DNA of 64,000 bases from Elusimicrobiota bacterium (GTDB lineage Bacteria > Elusimicrobiota > Elusimicrobia > F11). The DNA is taken from assembly GCA_044221725.1 (NCBI GenBank), contig JBGAON010000003.1, forward strand, positions 256,001-320,000, read 5' to 3'. Under the pieces are notes generated by a model. The model searched no databases. It was not told where the DNA came from and worked only from the letters and a program-made list of their open reading frames with translations. This document shows, piece after piece, positions 12,701-24,700 of the stretch; the stretch's first letter is position 1, and each line of letters begins with the position of its first letter. The position numbers and the translations under genes were made by a program.

Positions 12701-15700
12701 CCTGAAGATGACCAAGACCGACATCGAGATCGTTACGAAAATTGCCAAACAATACAAAGGCAAGGCCGAATTCCGATTTGAAAAAGATGACGCGACGGGT
12801 GTCTATAAGATTGTGGAAATAATTTTCCCGCACGGTGCGAAGAACGTCGCCCGGTTCAATAAGACCTTTTATGCAGCGTGGCTTAATCTCGGTGCTGTCG
12901 ATGAAAAAGACAAACTGCCGGAAGCAACGAATCAAGTAAAGGCGCTCGCAAAAGATGTGGCGGACAAATTGGTCGACGCGAACGGCAAAACCAAGAATTT
13001 TGATCTCCTCGCTCAGGAGTTGGACCGCGTTTTGGAACAAGTCAAAACTCCGGCCGACAAAAAAGTCCTTATTAACGAAGTCGTTAAGGCCCTGCAGGCG
13101 CGAGACGATATTTCCGCCAGCACAAAGGGTGCCCATGTTCGGGAACTCGAAAAGGCGGGCGGAAAACAATTGGACAAAAAAGACTTTTATCGCGATCTCG
13201 TGACGCAAGTGGATTTAAACGCGTGCAGCAATTGTGCGGTGAATTACAACGGTCCGATGCGCGACGACGCATTTGCCCGCGTTCGCAGCGATGTTCAACG
13301 GGAATATCCTGGAATGTCGCCGGCTCGTCGCGAACGTTTCGCGATGGGTCGCATTGACGCGTCCCTGTCGCCCGCCCAACGATCGGAGCTCGGGAGAAAA
13401 GAAATTGCGAACGGATTCGAAAACTACGCGAACGGACTTTCGCCGGATCGTTTGAGCGATGCCCTTTTCTATCGCAACATGGCCGACGCGATTCGTAACG
13501 GGGACACGCGGCCATCAACAACTGCCCGCGGTGCCGAAGAGTCAGTATGGGCGCAAAACCGCGTTGACGTTGCTCGCGCGCGCGTGAATTACACGCTGAA
13601 CCGCACCTCCGGCGCCCTCGATTGGATCCTCGGGAAACTGGAAATCAATGTTGATGCCGCGCGTGTTCTCACTTCTAGCGGATGGGCATTGGACCGCGCC
13701 GAAAATACGTACATGAGTCTTCAAATGAGAGACAAATTAGACGTTGATCAGGGAAAACTTATTGAACTCGTATCCCAACTTCCTTCCATCGAGAACGGAG
13801 ATGCTCGCAAGAGTGCCGCTGAGGACGTTGCTGCTGCAAAACTGCACTTTGAACAAGAAAAGCGGCGTTTGGACCGAGGTGAATTACCGAACGCCTCAGA
13901 TTTCTTGGATTTCCAGAACATATTGGTTGACCAGGAAAAAGAGAGCCGCACTCCGCTTGATTTGGCCGAGAAGAGTGTAAAAGAGGCCAAAGAGCTTTCC
14001 GCCGGAGAGAAATTTTACGGTCCGGGCTTACGCGAAGCAATTGTGGAATCCAAAAAAGGAGAGGACGCTCGTTTTTCACTGATTTATGACCGAGTTCAAA
14101 CTGTCATGAAGGATCTGCTGATAGCACCTGATGTGTACCGCGTGGAAAAGGATGGTACACGCACAAAGTTGACGGAACTCGATAAAGTAAACCCACAAGA
14201 CGTTATCGTACTTCAGCTGCCGCGAAGCGTTGCGGCAAAAATTGATCGTCTGAAAAGGCGAGAAAATACTCAGGCTGACTGGGAAGCTGCCGTGGTTGAT
14301 CTGTTGGCCGTGGGTAAGAACGCCGCTGATAAACCAATCGACAACAAAGGTGCCGTGGTTAATGCTGCGGAACTTAATATTCATCAACGCACCGCTCTGC
14401 TATGGGCCGTTAGTCAACGAACCTTCGAAGACCAAAGTCAGCCGATGACCCGCGAGGACATTGCTATGGACCAAGGAAAACGCATGGCCTTCTTCTTTGG
14501 TTTGGTTCGCGGCAACGAAGTGGTCGCTTTGCCCGCGGCGGGCGGAAAAACCGGCGCGTTTATTTTGGCGCAGGCGGATTTTGTGCTTCGAAATCGTTCG
14601 AAGAAAAACGGCGAAAAGTTTGTTTTGGAATTGGACGTGTTCAATTCGGCAGAAGCCGAAAAATATATTAGCGAACGAGAAAGATATGAGGGAATGGCCA
14701 TCGGGGCCGCCCTCATTCGTCCGGTGGATGGCCGCGATTTTCATCAGAACATTAAAAAAGCGGAAGAGGCGTACGACGTTAACAAGTCCGTGATAAGCGA
14801 CAGGGGTATTAAGCTCGAGGGTGTGAAAATGATTGTTCACGACCTCAATAGTTTCGGTTTCTTAATGCTGCATATGGGAGAAAATCTGACCGCGCGCGTT
14901 TCTACACTGGTCAGAGAAAATGTGAAAAGCGTCATGATGGATGAGGTTGACGCGATCCTCATGTCCATGATGTCTTTTATTAACAGCAAAACAGAATTAC
15001 ACGCTTCGGATGATGACCTTTCCCGCGGTGCCGTTACGGTTCGTGCGATCCTCAAAACGTTGGAGTTAAATCACACAAAAGTCGACGTCGCGCGTTACAA
15101 AGAACGAAGTGAGGAAAAAGACGCCGCCGACCACCCCAATTACCGCTATTTCCCCAGTGGAAGAGTGTCGGACGAGGACAGAAAAGACGGTGTTTGGTTT
15201 ACGATTACCGCGGCGGGTAAGGTTGAATACTCCGACAAATTTCTGGAAAAAGTCCGCTCGAATCTAGAAGAAAAGAGCATTTCAAATAGAGAAATCCAAA
15301 ACGCGTTGCGTGCTTTTGCTGATACCGGGGACGGAAATCGGTCCACAATTAGTCGTGTCGATGGGAAGTTGAAAATTGTTCCTGTCACGCGGCACGGGCC
15401 ACAGAAGGGGCTCGTTGATTCCTACCGCATGTACAACGTAGCCCGTACGCTTTTTGAAAACATGTCGCGTCGGTTACGCAACGAAGAAGAACTGGACGAG
15501 AAGCAGGTTCCGATTTCAAAATCTTCGGCGACCGCTACGTTAATTCAAGCAATCGCATTTCGCATAAACGCGATCAAAGCGGCTGCTACCGGAACGAAGG
15601 ATGATATTGATTCCGCCGATCCGTCGTTGGCTCCGTTTGCACAATTGTTGACCGGAATGGGTGTGTCGGTTGTCAGTCAGTCGTCCTACGCCGACCTCAA

Positions 15701-18700
15701 ATATTTCGAGGCGATCTCCGCGAGGGAAGGATTATTGAAGCAGCAAAATTATCGCTCAGATGCGGGCGATCGTAAAGCTTTACGCACGATTGCCCTCGTC
15801 GGAGCCAACGGCGATGCTCGCTACCGCGTGGCCGCGGAGGGGATCAATCTCATGCGTGGGCGTGGACCGGACGGCGGATCTTGGAATTCCATCGATCGCG
15901 ATGCGGCGGTTCTCATCTACTCGGCCGATCAGCGATACCATGTGAAGGCGTTCTACGAACTTCTTGAGATCAACGGAGCCTCCGGCGTTGTGGCGGCACT
16001 AAAAAAGAAAAACGTTAGTGGCATTCAAGATGCGATCGATAAAGCGAAAAGTATTATTGATAGCAAAGAAGCAAATGCGAGTGCGTGGTTGCGCGCCGAA
16101 CTTGATACGCATAGGGTGATTGATGGTAATCGTCCGGACCTTGCAGAGTTTATTGCAAAAACGGCCGCGGAGCGAAAAAGCATTGTTTGGTCGACGATAG
16201 GCCGAGCGCTCAGCTTCAACGCAATTGGCAAAAACCGCATGGACGAGATCATCCTCGGAACGGACACATCGTTTACGGAGGCCGCTGAGTTCCATCAGAT
16301 AGTTAATCGGGTGGATCGTAACTTCACTGGTGAAAACCGCAGTTACCGTTTGCAGATCGTGGACCCGACTAATGTCGACGCGCGGTTTTCAGAAGTGGTT
16401 AGCCTGAACGACGACGTGAGGCGGTTTGGTCGCCAAGGTTTATTCACCGACGATTACTTCGGCAAAATTTGGGAATCACATAAAAATGGCGACACTCTGA
16501 CGCTCGAACAGAAGGTGAAGCTCAATTCGCAGCTCGCGTCGTTAGAGAACCGGTCTCGAAACGGACAGCATCATTTGCACGAACAGGTTGGCGCAAAGTT
16601 AACAAACGAAATTGTAACGCTAATTGGTGCGGAACTTATCCGTCGCGGGAATTCTCTCGGGGCCGAGGCTCTCGAAAAAATCAAAGGTGAAATGTTGGAT
16701 CATGACGAGCGCGGCAACGATGATGGTGGCACTTACAATCAAAGTCCGAACGAAATTGCCTACAGGATTGTGAAACGAGAGGTTGAGAAGGCCGAAATTT
16801 TTTATTCAAAAATCATTAATTCCGAACACGTGGATCTTGATCTTGTTCAATTCGCTCGATCGCGCTTAACGGAAATTCAGACCGAATTCTTGGGTTTTTC
16901 AAAACGGGTTATTAACGACGTCGATAAGAAAACCGGGTACCACGTTGGCGAAAACTATCGGAATGCGAGTTTTGCAACGGCGAACACGGTTCGCAAAGTT
17001 TTTGACGCTGCGATTGCAACCTCGGACTTTTTGTTACCGAACGTGGAGCTAAGCCATGCGCCGACAGCATTTACGGCGGCAGTGACACATATGGCTTTTG
17101 GCAACGTGCGCGCGCCGCGCGATGCGTTGCCTGCTGTTGCAAACGATAACGTTTCGAAAGTCGCGTTTGTGAACGCAATTAATCCGCACGCTCCGGAATC
17201 CGTATCCGCAGAGAAACCCACCACGATTGACGGGAAACCCGTCGCTCTTCCGCCTCTCCAAAATTTAACGCTTTGGCAACAAGCCGCGTACAGCGTGTAC
17301 TCTTATTTCTCACCGGCGCGGCAAAGTATTGACGATGAAAAGCGCCGCGCCGACGCGATGTTGCTCGCGCGAGCGGGCTTCGTTAGCCAGGCTGTCGCTG
17401 ACAACGTGGCAAGCAACGATCCGGTTGTCGCGGGTCGCGCGCTGCGCCAGATGGCCATGGAAGTGGCGGACCGATGGGAACGGTCGGGTCAGCGCATGGA
17501 AAGGTTTGATTTGCCGACTCTTATGTTGGTAGCGGAGAACGTTGTGACGCAGATGGATCAGGTTCGCGCGGCGATTGCGCCAAATATTCTTCCGAAAGTT
17601 GATGCGGACTGGGCGGGCCCGGCGCAACTTAATCGAATCGTGGCGATGGCCGCCGCAAGCCCAAACACGCCTGCTGTTGGCAGTTGGGAGTCGGACAGCG
17701 AAAAAACCGCGAAACGACGCGACTTGCCTTCGGTTCGTCAGGAAGTGATCGCCCAAGGGATTAGTGATTTAGCGGCGCTTCTTCCGGTCGATACGCGCGC
17801 CACGGTAGTGCCTATTGTGCGCAACGCGCGCGCGATGCTTACGACCATAAACCAAGCGCGCGACTACGAAGCGCAGCAGAGAAATATTGCGTTGGGTGCC
17901 GGAGGCATCGGTGCCATGATCATGCTTCAACTCTCTATGCTCTATTACTCACCGCCGCGGCAATACAATCGCGTGCTCGATCAATCGTTGGCGACCCTTG
18001 CGGGCAAAGGCGAACCTGCGAACCGTGCGGCTATTGTGGTTGGCGTGATGGCGCTCTTCCACCTGAACACTCCGGTTTTGCGGCAACGTTTGCGCGACGC
18101 CGTGGACGTGATTGCGAACACCGACCCGGGTTTGTTGGATCATGTGACCGCGCGGGAACTCGCGAACGTGGTACGGGCAAAAGATCCACAAAAGGAACTC
18201 GAGAATCTTCTCTATAAAAATATTGGTTTTGCGTTGCCGCTTCCGACGGCCGTCACGCAAACGCTGAAGGTTGCCGGTGTAGCGGGGAGCGTGGTCGCCG
18301 GTCTGGGCACAATGTTCGGATTCCTATCGCTGAATTCAGCGCTCACCATTTTCTCGATCGCGTTCGGTTTGAATTTCTTGTCCGCCGAGCGACCCACCGG
18401 AGATGGACCCAGCGTTTGGGCGCGTCTGCAATCGTTCGGCACCGGCGTAAAAAATGTCGGTGGTGAAATCGGTCGATGGGTGTGGAACAACAAAGTGAAA
18501 TCCACAATCGCTGTTTCGCTGGTGGTCGGAACGGTCGCGACCGGCGGAATGACGGGCGCGTTTGGCTCCGTTGCTGACCTCGGAAGTTATTTTACGGCCG
18601 CCAATTTGAGCAGCGCTTTGGAAACCGTGTTGCCCTTCGCGCTGCCGCTTTTGGGTGGCCTCGCCGGAAAGATGTTTAAGAAGTACGAACTCGAGATCGC

Positions 18701-21700
18701 GATCCGCGAAGGACGAATCCTACCGTTCACCAATATCCGAATTCCTGGCTTTGATCGCGTGTTTCGTCAACCGTCGCCCGCGTTGTACGCGTTGATCGCG
18801 TTGCGCACCGCGCGTGAAGCGAAGGAGAAAGATTTAAAGAGCCGTGACACTGCCGTGGCGGAAAATCCCGAATATCAAAAATTAAAAAACCAGCTCGATA
18901 ATTTTGATGCGGATCTCGAAAAGAAGTTGGACAAGATGCCCGAACAATACCGCGGCACGATGCGCCAATTTTCTCAGCAGCAGAAGAAAGAGATTGAAAA
19001 ACAAATGAACGATTTGCGCGACAAAACACCGGTGCCCGGATTAACTGTGGGACGCCTTGTCGATGCGATCGAAACGCGCCATGGGAAAAAGAGCAACGAC
19101 GACAAAAACGAAATTTTGCGCTTGGCGCTGATAACGTTGGGTGTTTCACCGGACAAAGCGCTGCGCGCCGTAGCGGCCGTCGACGTGTTGCGCGAAGCAA
19201 CGGCCGAAGATTCCGATTACGATCCGAAAGAAGTGGCGGCCGTCAAAGAAGCTTATCACGAACTCGATACCGACGTGCTGAAAGGAAAGGGTTCGTTATC
19301 GCTGGACCTGCGAATGGATTTTGCACGCTTCGGAGCACAGATGAAAGCCGACGGAAAAGAAGTGACGCCGGATGCGCTGCGCGGCGAATACAACGGCGCC
19401 GAATTCAAGCAGGCGATCCGCTACTTCGCGCAGCAAAAAAATATCACCGATGATGAGGTTGCTCTGATCGCGCAGTTCCATGACGACCGAAATATTCCTG
19501 TCAAAGATTTGGCCGCGGCCATCCGCAAAGACAATTTGAATTCGTTGCGCGCCGACAAATTGGCGAGCGAACACGAGAAAGAAAATCCCGATTTGGCGAA
19601 GGCGCTTAAGAAAGTGGGCGCGACTTATGACGCGGTTTCTGCGCACGTGCGCACGTATCTCAAAGAAGAAGCACGCATGACCGACGACGAAGCAACGCAA
19701 GTTCTTACACTTATCCACGGTTCGTTCGGCACGAATACAACCATTGATTTTGCCGCGCGGGTGGCCGAGCCGATTCTCTCGAATCCACTCGTTCAAAATC
19801 CGGAAGCGGTGGTAGCGGGGCTTTTGAGGATTTTGATTGACCACGCCTATTCTGATTACGGCGTTCAGCTCGCCGCGATTGAACATAACTTGCCGGTCGA
19901 AAGAGATGCCGACACCATGAATTTGCTGCGCCGTGTGCAACACCCGAACGCGCCGCGCAACACGACGCTCGATTTGGGTTTTGCGCGTGCGCTCACCACA
20001 ATTTATGGATTCCAGCTGCCGCTTGACGTGCAAGCGAGCGGCATGCGTCAGACCGGTTACGAGCTGCGAAACAGTAACGGGACGGTCGCGCGCGTTGCGC
20101 TCAGTGGAAACACCGGAATTCAAGTTCGCGTGAACGTGGCTCCAAACGGCGAGGCACCAATTTATGGCGAATTGAATTATCGGCTCGCGAACAATCAAAT
20201 TGTGGATGTTGATGTGCAATCACCGCTTGGTTATCAGGCGCGCGTCGGCGGATCCGTTACTACCTCGGGACACGCCAACAATATTGCGGGCCAAGCGATT
20301 CAATTTGAAAAAGTAGAAGTGGGAGAGAAGCCGCTCAAAACGTCGCTGTTCGCATCGTCCCTCGAGAGACCCGTCACCGAGACGCCCGTCGGTCTCAAGA
20401 TCGAGACACCGGCGCAGTTGGTGGCCCCAAGCGCGGTGGCGCACCTGATGGGAGACAGCCTTCCTGCGAAGCCAGCGCAAACGACGCCGCAAAAACTCGT
20501 TAACCGACCCGTGGATATGAAACTCGATGATTTGTTCGGCCTTCCGGTCGTGGGTGTGTTGCTTGAGAGTGCGTACAAAGCCGTGTTTGGCCGGGCTCCA
20601 ACCGACGCGGATAAACAACAGTTAGCGCAGTTGAATAGCGACCATAAGAGTTTGGCGGAATCGCTGTTTGGAACAAACAAGGTGCCCGATCAATACCGTT
20701 CGCTTCCGTTGCCGATCGCAATGAAAGGGGAGGCGGCCGTTCGTTCGTTCCAATCCGAAATGATTTTGGCCGCAATCAAAAACGGAACCGTGTCGCCGAC
20801 GTTCCAAGCGTTGCGATTCATTCCGAACGACATGTTGCCGCAAAATGGCGGCACGCTGATCGTGCTTGATCGAAACAATTCCAATGGGTGGGACATCCGC
20901 GTCGGAGAAAATACCATCGGCACGATTTCGAAATCCAATAATGTCGTCACGTTGACGCTGATTTCACGCCAAGAGATTCCCGCGCAGATTATCGAACCGA
21001 CGCCGCCCACGAATATGACCGAGTGGGGACACTATTTCTACGACGGGAAACCGGCGCCCAAGGTGATCGCGGCGCGAAGCGTGGAGGTGCGCAACGAAAT
21101 TATCCTGACGGTCGACGAATCTCCGACGGCTCCGTATGTTGTCACCGACATTCAAGCGAAAGCGGGTGGCGAGAATGGTCGGATCGTGCGCGAAGGGGAG
21201 AAGCCGCTCATGGAAACCAGCGGGTTCACATTCGCTGCATCGCCGGCTGGTTTTAAGACGATGGAAACGGAAATAACAATCCCCGGAGATCTGCGGGCCG
21301 TCGAAGAAGATGATTTCAAATCGGCAAAAACCGTAGTGATGGAAAATGTGACGGCCGCCATGGAAGAACGTTTCGGATACGACCGCGTCTCCAACATGGA
21401 CGGCATGGAAGCCGTTGTCGATTTGTTGTTCGCGCTTCACCCGGATTTGCCGGAATCTTTATCGGCCGATGAAATTATTGATTTGGCTTTTAGTGCGAAC
21501 CCGTCAAAAGATTTGACCGATATCATTTCCGAAAAAGACGGTTCGGTGTTCGCGCGTCTCGCGTCCGATGGCGCGGAAAATCCCGACGCGGTCAAACAAG
21601 CGTGGGAGTTGGTGTCGTCTGGAAAAGCGGAAACCGTTGGTGGCCTCGTCCAAGCGTTAATGGCGGACAATCGTATCGGTGACCGGCTGGGCGTTTTTCG

Positions 21701-24700
21701 TTTGGCCGCCGTGATGTCGGGCTTTTCCATCTCAGAGGCGATTGCGTTAGCGAACATCATGAAATCAACCGACGCTCGGTTCTTCTCCGGTTTTTCCATG
21801 AATTTCTTGGCGACCGTTGGTGTGCCGGTGCAAACGGTCCTCGAGGTGAGACAGTGGCAAGACAAGCAAAGCCAAGCCGGCGCGATTATGTACGAAAACG
21901 TGCGCGCGCAGTGGGGAACAACAAGCATTGGCACGAATCGCGCGCTTGATATTTTGAAAGGTGCACCGCTCTCGAGCGTGGAACGCACTTCGCTTGAAAC
22001 ACAGAGCCAGCTGAACGAAACTTACGCGGTCGTGAACGCGGGTCCAAACGCAAATCTAAGATCGCAAATTTTGGCGAGCGCCCAGACCCTGCTGGAGCTT
22101 GCTGGTGTGAGCGCTCCGGTTGTTGCTTCGTATCTGCGGTCCGTTGTTTCTGCGCGCAGCGCTGAAGATATTCACACGCTGAAAGTGCAGACGTCGCAGC
22201 AACTTCCTGACCGTCAAACCGCGACGTTGCTGCACAATTTGATCGATGCGTTCCACGCCCCGACCGCCAATTCAGCGACGATGGTCGTGTTTCGTGCGGT
22301 CAAGCAACTTAATGTTGACGATTCGTTTGTCCTGCTGCTCAACCAAACGAATGCCTCAAATGGTACGTGGCAGGTAACCGGCGTGGTGCCCGCGGGTCCA
22401 AACGCCGGACAAAAAATAAACGTTGCGGTTGTGACAGTTTCGCCGCAATCACCGCGCACCACCATCGCGATTCAAATCGGCGTAGCGGAAGGTAAGAACG
22501 GCCCGGTTGTCGAATTACCGACCACCCATGCGAACGGTTCGACGTTGCTCCTTATTAATAGTGGCGATTACCAGGTGGTCACCAGCGGTTTTGGTCCGCA
22601 GCCCAAAGCGCAAGCGCTGAATGGAAACCTTGGGAATGCTGCGCCGACCGCGCAGTCCGTGCAATTCACCGATGGAAAGAATACGTTGCCGGTGCGCATT
22701 GCGGTTCCGACGGCGATCACGAACGAAGCCATTCGTTCGTCGCGCGCGCAAGCGGCGATGGTGTTTGGCCGCCTCAATCAATTGGCCACGGCCAACGATG
22801 CAAGTCCGATGGATCCACTCGTGTTTCAACAAGTGGAGCGATTCTTATCACCGGCGATGCTGCCGCTTTTGCGCGGTAACGGTTCGAACGAGGGAAGCGA
22901 GCCCGATCTTTTCGTGGTGCGCGGCACGAACAATCAAATCGAAAGCATGTATGTGCTGAACGCGAACGGTTCCTATGGCGTGTTTCGACGCACGACAGTG
23001 GACGGACAACAAACCGTAACGCGCGGCGAACCCACGCACGTTCCGCCGATGAACGCCGACGCCTACGAGATGGCGCAAATGCCAAACGGTCAATGGTCGG
23101 TTGTGCCGGTGCTCACGCCCCTTTCAACGATTCCTCGCTCGGTCGCCCGCGAACGTCGCGATCACGGCGTTACAAATGCCGGTGTGGCGATGCGCGTGCT
23201 GGGTGGGATGCTGGCGGCTCCCTTCGCGATGTTCCGGGGTGTTGCCAATCAAGCAAGTCGTCACCGCATGGCGTCCGCGTTGGTGTTAATGTTGGTCGCG
23301 GTGGTGTCGGCAAACGCGCAAGAGCCAATGATGCATCAAACGGTTTCCACCGCGAAAGATTTGGTGGCGCAACCGATTCCCCACATGTCGGTCGGCGCGG
23401 TGGCGGCCGTGACCGCGATGGGGTCTGCGCTCCTCGGCTTCATGGGCGTTCGGTCGTACCTTGCGATACGCCGTGAAGCACCACCGGCGAATATACCGAT
23501 CGTCATGTCCGCGAAAGATTTCAACACAAGGGTGAACGAACAAAAACTTTCCTCACCGGACGGAATCTATTTTGCGTCTCAAGAATTGCTCGGCGTGCCG
23601 TACAACGGCGCCGAAAACGCGGTGGCCGTGAAGGTTCAGGAAGTTCGAATCGCCGGCGACGGACAAAGCCGTTACGTGCTGTCGTTGCTCCCCGCAAACA
23701 CGGATTCCGCTAGCACCGCGCCACTGCAGTTGGCAAATTTCAGTGGGTATATGCCGAACGCGGTGGTGCGAATGTTCACGAAGTTGCCAACCAATGCCGC
23801 GCAAATTTCCGCTTTCTTGAAATCGGATGATGGTCGTCTCGCTAATTACATCAGCGTGCCCGCATTGTTCGGAACAAATCCATCGTTATTGAGCGGTCTC
23901 AACCTTGGATTGGATGACGTTCAGGTCCATTTCAAAACACTAAAAGACGTATTTGAACCGTCGACGCCCGAAGCGCAACGATTGGCGTCCAGAGAATTCA
24001 AAGCGTTGGTGGCGAAACTTGTAGCGGAGGCGAGCGCGTTTGCGTCATCCGAAAGCGTTCAATTGCGGCCCACCTACGTGGACGCCATCATGAAAAAATT
24101 TGGTCCAAACGTTTCGTTCTTGCAACGCGATCCGAGTGGCCGTGCGTTCGTGTCGAGCGGTTACGATTATTCAGCGGCGCTCGCGTTGTGGCGAAAGGGC
24201 GTTGTGCACCCGGTTCTCGTGTCGAACGGCCAGCAAATCTATTTTGTGTTTTCGAGCGGCGAAAGCGCGCTCAGCAAACTTAATTACGACGGTACGAAAG
24301 GCAAGACCGAGCGCGGCAACGAAAAGCGCTATCTGAGTTCGGAACCGGACGGAAGTTTGCTCGCGGTCGCGGGCAAACCCTACTTGAACGAAGGGCAGAA
24401 GGCGATTGCGCGACGCGCCGTCGAAATCTTGTCGGACATTTTGGTGGGCGACGGCCGCGCACCGCTCGTCTTGACCGACAGGCAAGTGGCCCAGCTTTTT
24501 AACTCCATCGGCGACTTTGTGCGTGGTGGCACGCCGAAGGTCAACGTGCGGGGTTCCGATCTCGGATTGCCCGGCACCGATGTCGACAAATTGATTCAGG
24601 AGCTCGGCGAACAGATGCGTTCGCTCGCGCAATCCAACGCGCAGATTCTTGATCTCGCGCAGCGTGGACAGATGAGCGCTGTCGGTGTGTCGGCGGTGCA

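Noticed and set aside
13700..14400. Apparent lower-GC, different-codon patch inside the giant gene suggesting mosaic origin
   Set aside because: Visual impression only. Needs a sliding-window GC3/codon computation.
14460..16620. Housekeeping secA fused by assembly error or frameshift
   Set aside because: Far too divergent from canonical SecA (motifs V and VI altered) and seamlessly in frame on both sides. Read mapping would still be the final check.
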